Shown: positions 48,212-62,175 of the stretch, piece by piece
Layout: every line of letters starts with the position of its first letter
Numbering within the stretch: the first letter of the stretch is position 1
Assembly (NCBI GenBank): GCA_020137815.1
Contig: CM035353.1
Coordinates: 4,278,001 to 4,342,000, forward strand
From: Hormiphora californensis
Lineage: Eukaryota; Animalia; Ctenophora
Reading direction: 5' to 3'
Length of the DNA stretch: 64,000 bases
Notes under the pieces: generated by a model
The model's input: the letters and a program-made list of their open reading frames with translations, nothing else
Databases searched by the model: none
What the model was told of the DNA's origin: nothing
Translations under genes and position numbers: made by a program

Positions 48212-51140
48212 CTACGTCAAAGAATTCCCTCATTCTAGTTCTTTTTGGTAGCTTGTACCAATTTTCAGTCGCCCTTACTACTTCCCACTTAACATCCCTC
48301 CATCTTCTTACTGGAAGGTGTTCTAGATAGTATGAAACGATATTCCACCTAATCTCCTTAGTGCTGTCTTGTTGAGTCCTGTAGAGATCCTTTTCTTCGA
48401 AAGAATCTTTGATCTTGGGCGATCCTGTTTCAATTTTTTTCTCCTAGTTTCTTCCTCAAATCTATTGTACTATTGTCTAAGCCTTCCATACTATCACTCA
48501 TAAACTCCAGGACCACGGTGTTCACGATCCTTTCCTTGTTTGATGGAGCTATTCCTCTCATTGATGATGTTCAATTGTCCAGTGATTGACGGGTCGTCCT
48601 TCTCTTTCTAGAGCTTCTGAGTCACTTGATGAGCCGATTATGTCTCCCTATTTCCACATTTGTCCTCAGTTTCCGGACTAGTACCGTAGTTGAATCTAAT
48701 ACTAGGCACCTCAGAAATTCCTGTTTCGCGAGTTCCTTCCATGAGTCCGTAACTTTCCTTTGGGACATCTGAAACGGGAGAGTCCAAAAGTTCTCGTAGA
48801 TTTGGGCCCTGGTTTTTTCCATTGCCCATTCATATTCCAGGTTCCTCTCCAACAGTCGCAGGCTCACGTCTTTACAGATTTCGATGGTTTTTTTATGACG
48901 AGTAGTCATAAATAGTAATGACTGGCCACCAGTGGTAACGAGTAGTGATATTATTATTACTCTCACATTGTTTCATGCTGTCTCTCTATTCTCTATTGCA
49001 TGACCACAACTGAAGCCACAAATTGTTCTAATTGTTATCTATTGTTCTCGACAGCTACAATCTGTCTACAAAGCTTTCTGTATCTATGCTTACAATTAAC
49101 TAAATAATACTTTTCAGACAGTACAAGAGATCCTTTTCTTCGAAAGGATCTTTGATCTTGGGCGATCCTGTTTCAATTTTTTCTTCTAGTTTCTTCCTCA
49201 AATCTATTGTACTATTGTCTAAGTCTTCCATACTATCACTCATAAACTCCAGGACCGTCATGATGGCTGATTTTCCACTCAAATCATCCCGCGTTATCCC
49301 CTTTTTGCATCCTCCATCAATACTAGCCTCCTTTATCATTTTTCTTTCCTCTAGGACTGCCCGTATCACTATCGTGATTGCATAATTCGACACTCCCCCT
49401 TTGGATGCCTGTAATACCGGTGTCCCCTCAAATAATGTTTTGATCGCTTGTACGGTTACCCTGAATACTTCTTCTTGTGTGAACCTGCATAATATAATCG
49501 TTCAAACTTTCATCAATTACAACGTAAAGTTTTTATTGAGGACGCTTATTGTATTGGGAAATGAGCCATTCGAATTAAATTCTTCTGCGGTGGCAATGCC
49601 ACAGCCCCTAAAAGCCGCCGTGTTTTCATGAATAATATAATGTATAATCCTATTTTTATTAATCTAGATTTTAATATCTTACCACTACGTCAAAGAATTC
49701 CCTCATTCTAGTTCTTTTTGGTAGCTTGTACCAATTTTCAGTCGCCCTTACTACTTCCCACTTAACATCCCTCCATCTTCTTACTGGAAGGTGTTCTAGA
49801 TAGTATGAAACGATATTCCACCTAATCTCCTTAGTGCTGTCTTGTTGAGTCCTGTAGAGATCCTTTTCTTCGAAAGGATCTTTGATCTTGGGCGATCCTG
49901 TTTCAATTTTTTCTCCTAGTTTCTTCCTCAAATCTATTGTACTATTGTCTAAGCCTTCCATACTATCACTCATAAACTCCAGGACCACGGTGTTCACGAT
50001 CCTTTCCTTGTTTGATGGAGCTATTCCTCTCATTGATGATGTTCAATTGTCCAGTGATTGACGGGTCGTCCTTCTCTTTCTAGAGCTTCTGAGTCTCTTG
50101 ATGAGCCGATTCTGTCTCCCTATTTCCACATTTGTCCTCAGTTTCCGGACTAGTACCGTAGTTGAATCTAATACTAGGCACCTCAGAAATTCCTGTTTCG
50201 CGAGTTCCTTCCATGAGTCCGTAACTTTCCTTTGGGACATCTGAAACGGGAGAATCCAAAAGTTCTCGTAGATTTGGGCCCTGGTTTTTTCCATTGCCCA
50301 TTCATATTCCAGGTTTCTCTCCAACAGTCGCAGGCTCACGTCTTTACAGATTTCGATGGTTTTTTTATGACGAGTAGTCATAAATAGTAATGACTGGCCA
50401 CCAGTGGTAACAAGTAGTGATATTATTATTACTCTCACATTGTTTCATGCTGTCTCTCTATTCTCTATTGCATGACCACAACTGAAGCCACAAATTGTTC
50501 TAATTGTTATCTATTGTTCTCGACAGCTACAATCTGTCTACAAAGCTTTCTGTATCTATGCTTACAATTAACTAAATAATACTTTTCAGACAGTACAAGA
50601 GATCCTTTTCTTCGAAAGGATCTTTGATCTTGGGCGATCCTGTTTCAATTTTTTCTCCTAGTTTCTTCCTCAAATCTATTGTACTATTGTCTAAGCCTTC
50701 CATACTATCACTCATAAACTCCAGGACCGTCATGATGGCTGATTTTCCACTCAAATCATCCCGCGTTATCCCCTTTTTGCATCCTCCATCAATACTAGCC
50801 TCCTTTATCATTTTTCTTTCCTCTAGGACTGCCTGTATCACTATCGTGATTGCATAATTCGACACTCCCCCTTTGGATGCCTGTAATACCGGTGTCCCCT
50901 CAAATAATGTTACCCGGAATACTTCTTCTTGTGTGAACCTGCATAATATAATCGTTCAAACTTTCATCAATTACAACGTAAAGTTTTTATTGATGACGCT
51001 TATTGTATTGGGAAATGAGCCATTCGAATTAAATTCTTCTGCGGTGGCAATGCCACAGCCCCTAAAAGCCGCCGTGTTTTCATGAATAATATAATGTATA
51101 ATCCTATTTTTATTAATCTAGATTTTAATATCTTACCACT
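48212..51140 (-). repeat. Near-identical tandem duplication (period about 1473 bp) carrying TENT-like fragments
   Basis: 48212-49684 matches 49685-51140; ORFs with ASKGGVSNYA and IKDPFEEKDL are duplicated. Confidence 0.92.
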
Positions 51141-51819
51141 TAATTAAGTTAGAATTCCAAAGAACCCTCTCTTTTCTGTCGTTTACTGATGCGCAGCAAA
51201 AAATCCACCTTTATATTGGATTCATGCTTGAACGTTATAACCCCTAGCTTGTTCACCTGATGGATTGCAACTTTATACGAATTCAATTCGACATTTTAAA
51301 CGACATATTACAGTAAAGTTATTATTACCACTATAATGTTATTTCACCAAGCCAAATCTTAACTCCCCTTTTTTACGAATTTGAATTTCTTTCCTCTATT
51401 CTTTTCTCCACACTTTTCTACACTTCTCCAAGTTCGTAGTACAAGGTCCACAACCAGTGTCCCCCGCTCTCTCTCTCGGCTATATGGATAGGACCGTCCA
51501 AATTTAGATCCAAGAGGAATCCCTTTCTTTTGGTAATTATACTGTTATAAATAAAATGCCCAATATAGCAATAAAGTATTTCTAATTAAATAATATAAGA
51601 TGCCACCCCGGCATCCAGGGCAGTCAGGTACACCGGTCAACCAGTGGTGCCGGGGGGGGGGGGTCGGATGGTACACGCTTCACAGACCAGGAAGTGGGGG
51701 GGGGCAGCACCGGCTCAACCCCCCGTACTTTTAGTAGGACATCAGTCCACAAAGGCAGTACCGGTAGGGACCGCATTTGAGGACTGGCCGGTGACCCATC
51801 CAGGGGCACTGAAACAGTA

Positions 51820-53514
51820 TAATCCATGGAATATGGGTATCGAACCCTGCATAGTGGAAGGGCAAAGGTTTCTTTTCACCAAAGTGTAGCCTAAGGGGTC
51901 CTTAATCACCAAAAAAAAGTTTACATCCCAGAAGTGGGGGATAAGGGTCGTAATTGGCCATAATTGGGTACCTGTATTTTCAGGCTGAGGCCAAAACCAT
52001 AAGTCCCCTTAAAATAGGAGTAGAGACAAATCTAAGACTAAAGTGATCAGCGTCCTCGCATTACTGGGGGTAGGAGTCTCTATCTCATCTGGTTAATTAG
52101 ATAATTGGATAATTAGATTTGCGCATAACCGTTTTTAGGCTATATATGGCTATAGCCACTTAGGAATGGTTTAGAGACTTTTCACTGGTGCCATTTTGTA
52201 GGCAATGGCCAAGTTATGGAGGGTCGACGTCGGACTTTTAAGCTCTATCTCCAACCGTTTAGCCGTTAATTGGCTTTTAAGGTGCTGAAAATGACCAAAA
52301 ATCGGGCTTTTTACCGTTTTTGCTCATTTTCAGAGTAAAAAGCCCGATTTTGAGCACCTTTAAAGCCAAATAACGGCTAAACGGTTGGAAATAGAGCTTA
52401 AAAGTCCGACGTCGACCCCCCATAACTTGGCCATTGCCTACAAAATGGCACCAGTGAAAAGTCTCTAAACCATTCCTAAGTGGCTATAGCCATATAGCCT
52501 AAAAACGGTTATGCGCAAACCGAATTATCCAATTATCTAATTAACCAGATGAGATAGAGACTTAAAGTAAGAGTGGCCCGCCGTGTTTTCTCACAAAACT
52601 TAGTGGATGAACGGGGAGTACCACCAGGACCATTGGTACGGTATCGAAAATTTCCAATTCTGTCTCGTTCATTAGTTATGACGTAATATGTTCATTATTT
52701 AAACTTTTATAAAATTGCTCTTCAGAAAAATCCGTGCATTGTGGATTGAAATGGATGCTTGCATCGTGTTCAGCGTCAAAAAATAGCCGGGGTACCAAAT
52801 TTTGGTGTCTCTACCTTGTCTGTGACGCGAGATATCGACAAATATCAAAAACGACCAAAGTGAGAGAAAGAGAGATTGTTATCTTTGGGTGCTAGTTGTT
52901 TGTGCGCGCCACCCACTTGTAACAAACTCTCTTTCTCTCACTTTGGTCGTTTTTGATATTTGTCGATATCTCGCGTCACAGACAAGGTAGAGACACCAAA
53001 ATTTGGTACCCCGGCTATTTTTTGACGCTGAACACGATGCAAGCATCCATTTCAATCCACAATGCACGGATTTTTCTGAAGAGCAATTTTATAAAAGTTT
53101 AAATAATGAACATATTACGTCATAACTAATGAACGAGACAGAATTGGAAATTTTCGATACCGTACCAATGGTCCTGGTGGTACTCCCCGTTCATCCACTA
53201 AGTTTTGTGACAAAACACGGCGCGCCACTCTTACTTTAATTCCGGCACCTACCCCCACTAATGCGAGGACGCTGATCACTTTAGTGCCCTCAGATTTGTC
53301 TCTACTCCTATTTTAAGGGTACTCATGATTTTGACCTCAGGCTGAAAATACAGGTACCCAATTATAGCCAATTACGACCCTTATCCCCCACTTCTGGGAT
53401 GTAAACTTTTTTTTGGTGATAAAGGACCCCTTAGACTACACTTTGGTGAAGAGAAACCTTTGCCCTTCCACTATGCAGGGTTCGTCAAAAATTTGACCCA
53501 TATTCCATGGATTA
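51820..53514. mobile_element. Nested palindromic composite: outer inverted arms (51820-52074 and 53248-53514) enclosing hairpins 52075-52562 and 52562-53239
   Basis: Each pair verified by reverse-complement matching; the second hairpin is bounded by TTAA at both ends. Confidence 0.9.
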
Positions 53515-54375
53515 GTACGCCACATCTTGTAACTTATTCTTCTTCTGACTTCTCATATAGTTTTAATAATGCGAACGGGGGGCACACAAAAAACTTTCCC
53601 ACGCACCGTGGTGGCCGCACTACTGCTCCATCTGAACTGGGCGAATAACTCTCTGTCTGCCGATTTGTGCGCAGCCTCCCTCACTGCTATCTCTATATCC
53701 CTGCTCAGAAAGCGTACAAGATTTAATCCGTCACGAAGGCTGTTCAAACCTCTGTTATCCGCAGTATCCAATACATGGTAAAGAGATTCCCGGACTTCTG
53801 TTTGATATTGTTCATGCCATTGCCCCGAGAAAGGTTGTAACGACATACGCCATCGACTTTGCAGTCTAGGCACATCGTTCGCACGTCCATCATAACGAAC
53901 TCTGAAGATGACTCTCCCGTCGTTGTGGAGACCACTTAGCGCCGCGTCCCTCTCTCTTCGTAGGGGCTATAGTATAAGAGTCTTAATAGACGAAGATAAA
54001 CACGGAGATTTGAGTAACAAGTAAGTAAAGTAAACGAGTTGCAATACAAACGAAAATGGTCCATATTGGAAGTGAAGGTTTCTAGTTCAGCTATCTAGCT
54101 ATACTCAGGTGACGTCCCGTCACCAGACGTTACAACATGTTACAAGATGTAACGAGTGGTCATTTCTGGTAACGAGTGGTGATATTACTACTACTCTCAT
54201 GCATTGTTCTATGAGGCTACTATATTCTCTATTGCATGTCTTATATTGTCCTGAGTCTATTGTCCTTTCAGTGACAGTGGTAATGGGCGACTGTCTATAT
54301 CTATGTTTACAATTAAATAAAGAATACTTTTCAGACACTACAAAGTCTACCACTTCCGTCACCATTTGTGAAAAA

Positions 54376-54552
54376 TGACCAATAAAATTATGATAAATGA
54401 CTATTGACCAATAAAATAATGAAAGATGATCAATAAAGTATTGAAAGATGACCAATAAAGTAATAAAAGATGATCAATAAAGTAATGAAAGATGACCAAT
54501 AAAGTAATCAATTATGATCAATAAAGTAATGAAAGATCACCAATAAAGTAAA
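54376..54552. repeat. About 22-bp AT-rich tandem repeat
   Basis: GATGACCAATAAAGTAATGAAA units. Confidence 0.85.
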
Positions 54553-57195
54553 ACATGTTTTGACATAAATAATTAATCTTATTATCGTATCAAGTTCTTA
54601 TTAAGTTCTTATCAAGTTCTTATTAAGTTCTATCCTGAGTACCCTTTTCTGGGCCCGAGTGTCCAAATATGACATTAACAGGTCAACATTGGCCCAGTCA
54701 CCGTCCTTGATGTTGGAGGCACGAGCATAAACTTTGAATCGGACACATATTTCGATGGCCTCAATGCCACCGCCGTGGTCTTATCTCTCATCTTATCAAT
54801 GGCCTTTTGTTTCTTGGCCAACTCCGTCTCCAACTCCTGCTGTTTCTGTTGTCCGGATCTCTGAACTTTCTCGAGGGTAGCTAATCCCTCCAGAGCCTCC
54901 GCACACTGGTCTTCGGTGTACCCTGGGACGGTCATGTCAATAGCACGGATATCCACTTCCAGGGTGGCTGTAACCGAGCCACCCTCCTCCTCCATCTTTT
55001 TTCTAGATGCCACCCTCTTCTTTAGAAGCAGGGACACCTTGCCTTTCTCCTTGCCAGGAAAGGAGTAACTAAAAGAAGTGTAAGTTTAGCTGGAGCATTC
55101 TCGTTGGATCAGGTTCCCAATATATTCCCTATAGCAGTTCCTTCTTCGATGCAGATCATAAGGTATCTGTAGAATTATCATTATAAATTAATAAAGAAAG
55201 AGAAATTTAAAATATAAATCAAGTCCAATTAATAACAAAGATCGACAGTGTTTTCCATTGCAGTCCAAGAGGAATCCCTTTCTTTTGGTAATTATGCTGT
55301 TATAAATAAGAAGCCCAATAAAACAATAAAGTATGTCTAATTAAATAATAAAAGATGATAAATGTAAGAATATAAAACATGGACTGTAGTATGTGTTGCC
55401 GTGTGTATGTGGCTGGTCGTCTAGAGTAGTCCCAGTCACGTACCTGGTCGAGATGCCGGTGATGAAGACGGATGAAGGTAGATGAAGATAGATGGAGATA
55501 GATGAAGGCGAAGGGTTGCGTTGAGAGTAGTTGAGTACTTGGAGTATAGTAGTTGAAGTAAAACGCGTTGGTTTGGGTAACAAGTAAAAGTAGTAACGAA
55601 ACTCAAGTCGTAAATATAAGAACCTCTTTTGTTAAGAAAAGATGACATTATAATATTATGAATTATACATATATGAAAAGAATCCGAAATGATATCGATG
55701 ATACAAAGTACCCAGATTTAAAATATAAATCAAGATCTAATAAAAACTAATTAATCAGATATATTCCATCTCTGTCAAGCTGAAGATCCTAGATCTTCAG
55801 TTGAAGACAGGCTATGTTAATACGTATGAAAAGACGTTTATTATTTAAAAGGCCGACTGCGGCCATGCTGTCCGCCCACTCCCCGTGGGAGAGTCCTGTA
55901 TTCAAAGCAAAACAGTCACTATTGACTCCCACCAGGAACTCAGGAATGTGAGTCATGTAGAACATTCTCCTGTCGATTATATGTGGTTTATAGATGGCTC
56001 GATATCGGCTTTCTTCTTACTGATCTCTCTCCTTCTTATCTGGAGAGCTCTTGATGGGGGTTCTTCTGTTGCCGCCGTCTCTACAAACAAATCTCATGTC
56101 CCAAATTCTCCTGCCACATTTGAAAAATTTCCACTCGGGGTTAGCCTTGGCGGTCCGAGTCATCTTCTTGAAGCTAGGAGTCATTGAGACGGTCTTCTGA
56201 CTCTGTTGCAGTTGCAACCCCCGCTCATACATCCTCCTTCAGCATAATATGCTCGTCACGTCTCTGAGCTGCCGCCTTATGGATCGCTAGCTCCTTCTTC
56301 CTCACCAACTCCTTCACTGTGGAGGTACGACGTGTGACGTCAGTAGCCGGATGTCTTGGCTAGCAAACGGGTTGGTCTCTTGTGATGGTTCCGGCATTTC
56401 GGTATGCTCCATCAGCATTCAGCAAGTCCCTCTCCTCTCCTAGATCCACAACATTGTCTGCTGTGGACAATGGGCCAGGAAGCCATGGTCACTTCCTGCA
56501 GCAGCTTGTGGTACCAGCGAACTCACCATCTTGATCTAGGGATCCACAGGAGACCTTCGCCGTTTTGGCATGTTCGCCCGGGTTCTCTGTCTATCCTGTA
56601 TCTCCCCACACAGGGTTCAACAATGTACATGGCACATCCACCATCTAAATAAATATTATAAGCTATATAGCTATACTTCCGGGAATAGGCCTGTCGTATC
56701 CCAGAATTCTTTCCTCGTACATTTTAGCCCTCACTTTGGTTTTAGGACTCACATCTTCCAGCTCCTTTATTATCACAACCATAGGTATTCAATAGTCAGT
56801 CAAACTCCTGATAAGAGATTACAGGACAACTCATTACAGGACAACCACGTATTTATTGAAACGTATACTTGGTTTGTTCAGGGTGATGCGAACACGGGTG
56901 AAAGATGAAGTATTATTCATTTTGGTCGGTTATCTTCAAAAGACATGTCTCCATGCATATAAAAATCATAATTACCGAATAATAACAGAGTTAGATAATA
57001 GTAAAGACAGAGTTTGATCTTAACAAACAAACATAAGATTCCACTCCAAACGGACAAGTCAGGTTGAAATGCATGCTGATAGTTGTCTTGTTATAAATGA
57101 CAAAAATTTAGTGTGTAGTAGTTGTTGTGGGTATAGTAGGTTTGAGTCATTATCATATGAAGTGTTTAACGTTGAAGGTCCGGGCACAAAGTATT

Positions 57196-57328
57196 AATAA
57201 GTTGATGTAATAGATAGGGACAAATTGAGACTCGTTGATTTTATTTCAGGAATAACTCAGTTATTGAGTTATTCCTGAAATAAAATCAACGAGTCTCAAT
57301 TTGTCCCTATCTATTACATCAACTTATT
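57196..57328. repeat. Perfect 64-bp-arm hairpin with a 5-nt loop
   Basis: AATAAGTTGATG...GAATAACTCA GTTAT TGAGTTATTC...CATCAACTTATT. Confidence 0.92.
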
Positions 57329-59632
57329 GATAATGAGACTCATATCTAACGTGGCAACACATGAACTTGTTAATTACAAAGTATTAACTCTAGTTTTGCT
57401 CGGGAGCGCTTAATTCACTCCAACACTCACTGCATCTGGTTCCTTCTCTGAACTGGGATTCTGAAATGGGATTAATATTAGGTTTGAGATAATACTCACT
57501 ACTTTCTATATTTTTTAATCAGTACCATCTTTACCTCATTATTTCTCTATTTTCTAATAATTATTACCCATGATGGCAATATCCGTTCGAATGTTATTTG
57601 CAGCTCATCAGTGGTGAAACTGACAGACTGCATTTTTCCGTTTACTTCCCAGTTCAGGAGACAGGACTGTTTTCCCCGTTAGGCAACAACAAACATCAAT
57701 TTATTTTCTTAATTAAAGATTTATTTTTTCAATAAATTTAGATACTCTCCAACTTAAAACCACCCCCACACAAAACAACAACCCCACACAAAATCCACAC
57801 CACAATCTCCAGAACCTTCTTCCCCTTCCTACACTGTCCAGTCTCTTTTTCTTTCTCTCTCTCTTTTCGCACTTCTCCCTGATCTCATTCTCTCTCTTTC
57901 TCTCCTCTTCTTCCTTGTGACGTTGTGCCTCTAACAGGTATTGGGCCTGCACGTTGCAAAGGTCGGAAATGCACGGACCACACCCAGTGTCCCCTCTGGT
58001 GTCCCCCACGTGACACACCGGATATATAAGTCAGTACTTGTTTTTTCCTAAATCTAGGTAAACATCCTCCCGATGCTCTGGGAGATCGGCAATCACTCCT
58101 CCTTTACCTTTCTCCAGGTTTAATGATTGTAGCTTCCAGATCATGTACATTTACTGATGGAATATCTCTTGAATTGGAGGGGTCTCCTGGAAGAACGGTT
58201 ACTCGAGATACTCGTTTATTAGGGCCACTATTTATGATATGATGATATCGGCCTTTTAGACCCCATGATGCACGGTGGAACATCCACACTGTTTAATTTA
58301 GAGCTAAGAGCATTCAGCATCCTGTTTGGAGCTTTTAAGCTCACGGCCAAAATATAAATCTCACGGTTCTCTGTACTGTCTATAACATGCGTCAGTGAAG
58401 TAAGCAAATTGTAGTTCAGAAAATCTATAGTTGATTTAAACCCATGGTACAATTTCCATTTACTGTACGTCCCTCTTAATTGATGCCGGTTTCCTTGGTT
58501 CTAGGTCGTACTTTATCAATTATTTAGTTATCTACATACTCATTTTAGTGCTCAAAGCCCTTCCTTCCAGTTGAAGAAAATCCCGGTGGATCCTCTCTGG
58601 TTGCTCTTCCCTTATGTGCCAACCCTCTCAGCCTATCCAGATCATCCTTTACTTCTTCCCATGGTGGTAACGTAGTTAGTATTTTCTCTGTTAACCCGCT
58701 TTCTGATATCGTCGTTCCGCTTCCCTCGTACGCTGCTTCTGGTGTTCCATTCCACGACATTTGCTATAAATGTTTTTCATTAATAGTTATATATACATAT
58801 ACATATATATAATTTTACATTCCTAACATTATAATACATATCATGCTTCAAATAACACTTATCATGCAATAAATTTAACCACAATATTTTCCGATCTACT
58901 TTACCAGTTTTGGTCAATTATGACTCGTGAATCAACCCCATACCAGTAAAAATTAGCAGGTTTATTGACGTCCAAAAGTTAACCTCGACTGATAAACCGT
59001 CAGTACTTGTTTTTTCCTAAATCTAGGTAAACATCCTCTCGATTCTCTGGGAGATCGGCAATCACTCCTCCTTTACCTCTCTCCAGGACTAATGATTGTA
59101 GCTTCCAGATCATGTACATTTACTGATGGAATATCTCTTGAATTGGTTAGTGCCGGTGGATTCTCGGTCACGGGGAATCTTCCTCCATTTAAAGGATCAG
59201 AAGTCTACTCAGCTATATGGTGCTCAGTACATCTATACCCAGGGATAGAATATCAAACACGGGATTGCGGGTAATAAAGAAATAGATAAGCAACTACAAT
59301 ATGTTCCATACCCTTTTATATATATATTCTCACTCCAATAATGGCAGTGCTGGTGCAGTTCTCAACTTGTCATGATATGGAGACGTATTCAACCGATTTT
59401 GATTTCTTATCTATATCTATACTTTGACAGTAATTCTCTACGTCGAAAGTTTAATTTCTCATTATCGGTGAGCCTTGCTGCGGTTATACCAGTTTCTCAC
59501 CGCCTCCACAACCTCTCCCTGCACGGTTCTCCAGTCTCGCCCTGTCGAGTAAACTTTATGTTATTACTATACCCTTTCTTCCCTTAATTATAAATAGCTA
59601 CAATTCCCTGTAATTTTAACGTTATCTCCCCC

Positions 59633-59935
59633 TTATATTACCAGGAGTTCCTGCTTATCCAGCTGTAGTTCAAACCTGAACTCTGCCTCCCTCCTGATCT
59701 CTGCCTTTATTCTTTCCATTGCTCCCCAGACGTTGCTCCCTCCCCAGACCAGGACGTCCAGGTCCGATGACCGGATCAGGGTATTACTCCGAAGAGACCC
59801 GAATATCTTGTACTGCAATCCCACCTTCGTCAGTACCCTGATAGCATCCTTCCTCACTACCTCTACCCTGCATGTCTGTATCCTCTCGTCCCTCTGGATA
59901 TCTACCCTCATTTTGTGATCCACGTATTCGCACAT
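59633..59935 (-). pseudogene. Pol-beta superfamily nucleotidyltransferase catalytic N-terminal fragment
   Basis: IFGSLRSNTLIRSSDLDVLV matches the hGS-x-DhD signature. Confidence 0.75.
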
Positions 59936-60209
59936 TCCTTTTGATCGTTAATTGGTTAATTATGGGAGTGAGGGAATCGCAGGTGGGCCAGATGTAGGAT
60001 AATAGACAAGACAACAACACAGGTTCTGGGGGTGGATAATAAGTAATAGAAGACAGCAAAACAAACAGAGGATACTGCACGTCGCAGTTTCAATCCTCTC
60101 TCCGATTCGTACTTCAAATGCACAATCAAGATAGAGGGAGGGAATCGTAGTTGGGCCTTGACTATAAATCAATTATCACTCAATCAAATCTATCAAATCA
60201 AATCAATCA

Positions 60210-61033
60210 CTAGTGTATATGAAGCAGAAAAAGCTCTCGTAAGTTAGTGAGATAATAATTTACAATGTTTATTCTCACATTTCTTACTGCCTCGGATTGG
60301 GTCCGGTATAAGTCCTTCTCTTCGAAGGGGTCCTGGATGCAGGGGCCGCCCTCTGTTATTTTTTCTCCTATTGGGGCCCTTAAGTTTATCCTCTTTTGGT
60401 CGAGAGAGCTACCCATAAAATCCAGTACCATCAGCACCGTTGATACCTGCAGCTCCTATTCTGTTGCAACTCTCCCTCTCTGCTTTTCGTACCGATGTTG
60501 GCTCTCAGGACTATTTAATTTTGGAAATGAATAATGTTTAGAATGAGACTTGTCTATGGGGCTCAGTTCCCTATTTCCGCGCACAGGGTGCTACTTACCC
60601 CTTCCCTCTCCAGGATTGCTCGAATCACCAGAGACATAGCATAATTGGATATGCCTCCCTTCGATGCTTGGAGGCAGGGAGTTCCGGTGAACAGGGATTT
60701 TACTGCTTGTACCGTCGTTTTGTACACATAATCATCCGTATACCTAAAAAAAGATAAAATTATCATGGTGTCTCTTTCAATCTTCCATTCCTCGCTCCTC
60801 CTCTCCTTCTTTTTCTCTTTGTGTCTCCTCTTCTCTCTCCCTCTCTTACCATCTTATGAGATCTGAGTTCGAAAGTACTCTCTCCTTCTTGTCCTTTATG
60901 GAGGCAAAGCTCAGGTCCATCTTGATCCCGGAGCTGATATGTCGCAGGACCAAGAGTTCCTGCTTATCCAGCTGTAGTTCAATCTTGAACTCTGCCTCCC
61001 TCCTGATCTCTGCCTTTATTCTTTCCATTGCTC
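60210..61033 (-). pseudogene. Trf4/TENT-like non-canonical poly(A) polymerase, central and C-terminal part (exons 61033-60850, 60743-60599, about 60447-60210)
   Basis: IKMDLSF (third Asp), GGISNYAMSLVI, CIQDPFEEKDL; GTAAG...AG introns join in frame. Confidence 0.72.
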
Positions 61034-62082
61034 CCCTACTACTACTACTACTACGAGTGCCTGGGCTTGCCAACGGCAAGCCCACAGGGGACTATCGCAA
61101 GCGATATCGCCGGCACTAGGAGAGCAGCCCCCCCAATCCCCCCACGAAAAAACCAAGAGGTTACAACAAGGACCTGTCATCTGACACGATCACTTGAAGG
61201 TGGTTCAAGGATTGGAGGTGCGTCTCCTGCGGTAGTTGTTTGATTTGTTTCTATTGTTTCCCTGTTCTGTGTATTTCCCCTGTGCTACCATCAGGGGTTA
61301 TACTCTCCTTATCATGTAACCACGCGCTTGGAACTGATGTCTGGTGGGCTAGCGGACGTTTCTCAGAGCAGAAGATGACCTACGCTGCAGCTACCTCTTC
61401 GTATTGAGGCGCGCGGCGAGGGGATTGCAGCGCATTCGAAAACAAAAGGGAAAATGTACAAACAGAATTTATTTGTTTTTTATTTTTATGCTCGCCCTGG
61501 GGTGCAATGAAGCTTCGCGCGCCGCTAGTCAGTTTGCTCGCACGGTTGTGTTTTAGCGCGTGACAGGGACGGCAGTCTTGCTTTCCGGAGATTTTTCCCG
61601 TGGTTAAAATCTGATTTTTGAAGATGTCACCCCCTGGGTGACGCGCGATGTTTTATTTGCGCGTCGTAAACATTTATGCTAGTTTTTTGGCTCTCCCACC
61701 TTTGTTTCTTGACCACGCGTGAGAGGGGAGGAGACAACTTCAAAAAATCCGACTTTAGGCTATTAAGAGTCGTTTGTTAGGTTTGGAGTTAGAAAATTTA
61801 AAGTTTAAAATTTAAATGGATATTAAAAAGAATAGTTCATCGATTACAGTTCAACACAATGGCCAAAGGATTGTCTGGAGGGGGTATTAGTCATCCATGG
61901 GATGGCTGATGTCCAACACGGATACCCCCTTGACCAACATTCCACTAGCATCTTTAAGTTGGAACGGTTTGAGTCCAGGGTCCTTGGTCTTGGGGCTTGA
62001 GCTTCCAGTCTGTCCCTGTGGTGAGGATGTGTTGTTAGGGGATGGTTTGGGAGAAAACCAGATTTTCTCAGACGTGTGAAAT

Positions 62083-62148
62083 GTTATTTGGGTAAAGTGA
62101 CTGGTTCTCAGCCAATCGGTAAGTAATATTTCCTGGTTCGGTCGGTTA
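62083..62148. mobile_element. Degenerate copy of the 109-bp MITE
   Basis: GTGACTGGTTCTCAGCCAATC...TATTTCCTGGTTCGGTCGGTT. Confidence 0.65.
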
Positions 62149-62175
62149 CTAATTACGTAAGTCTAGTTATAGTAC

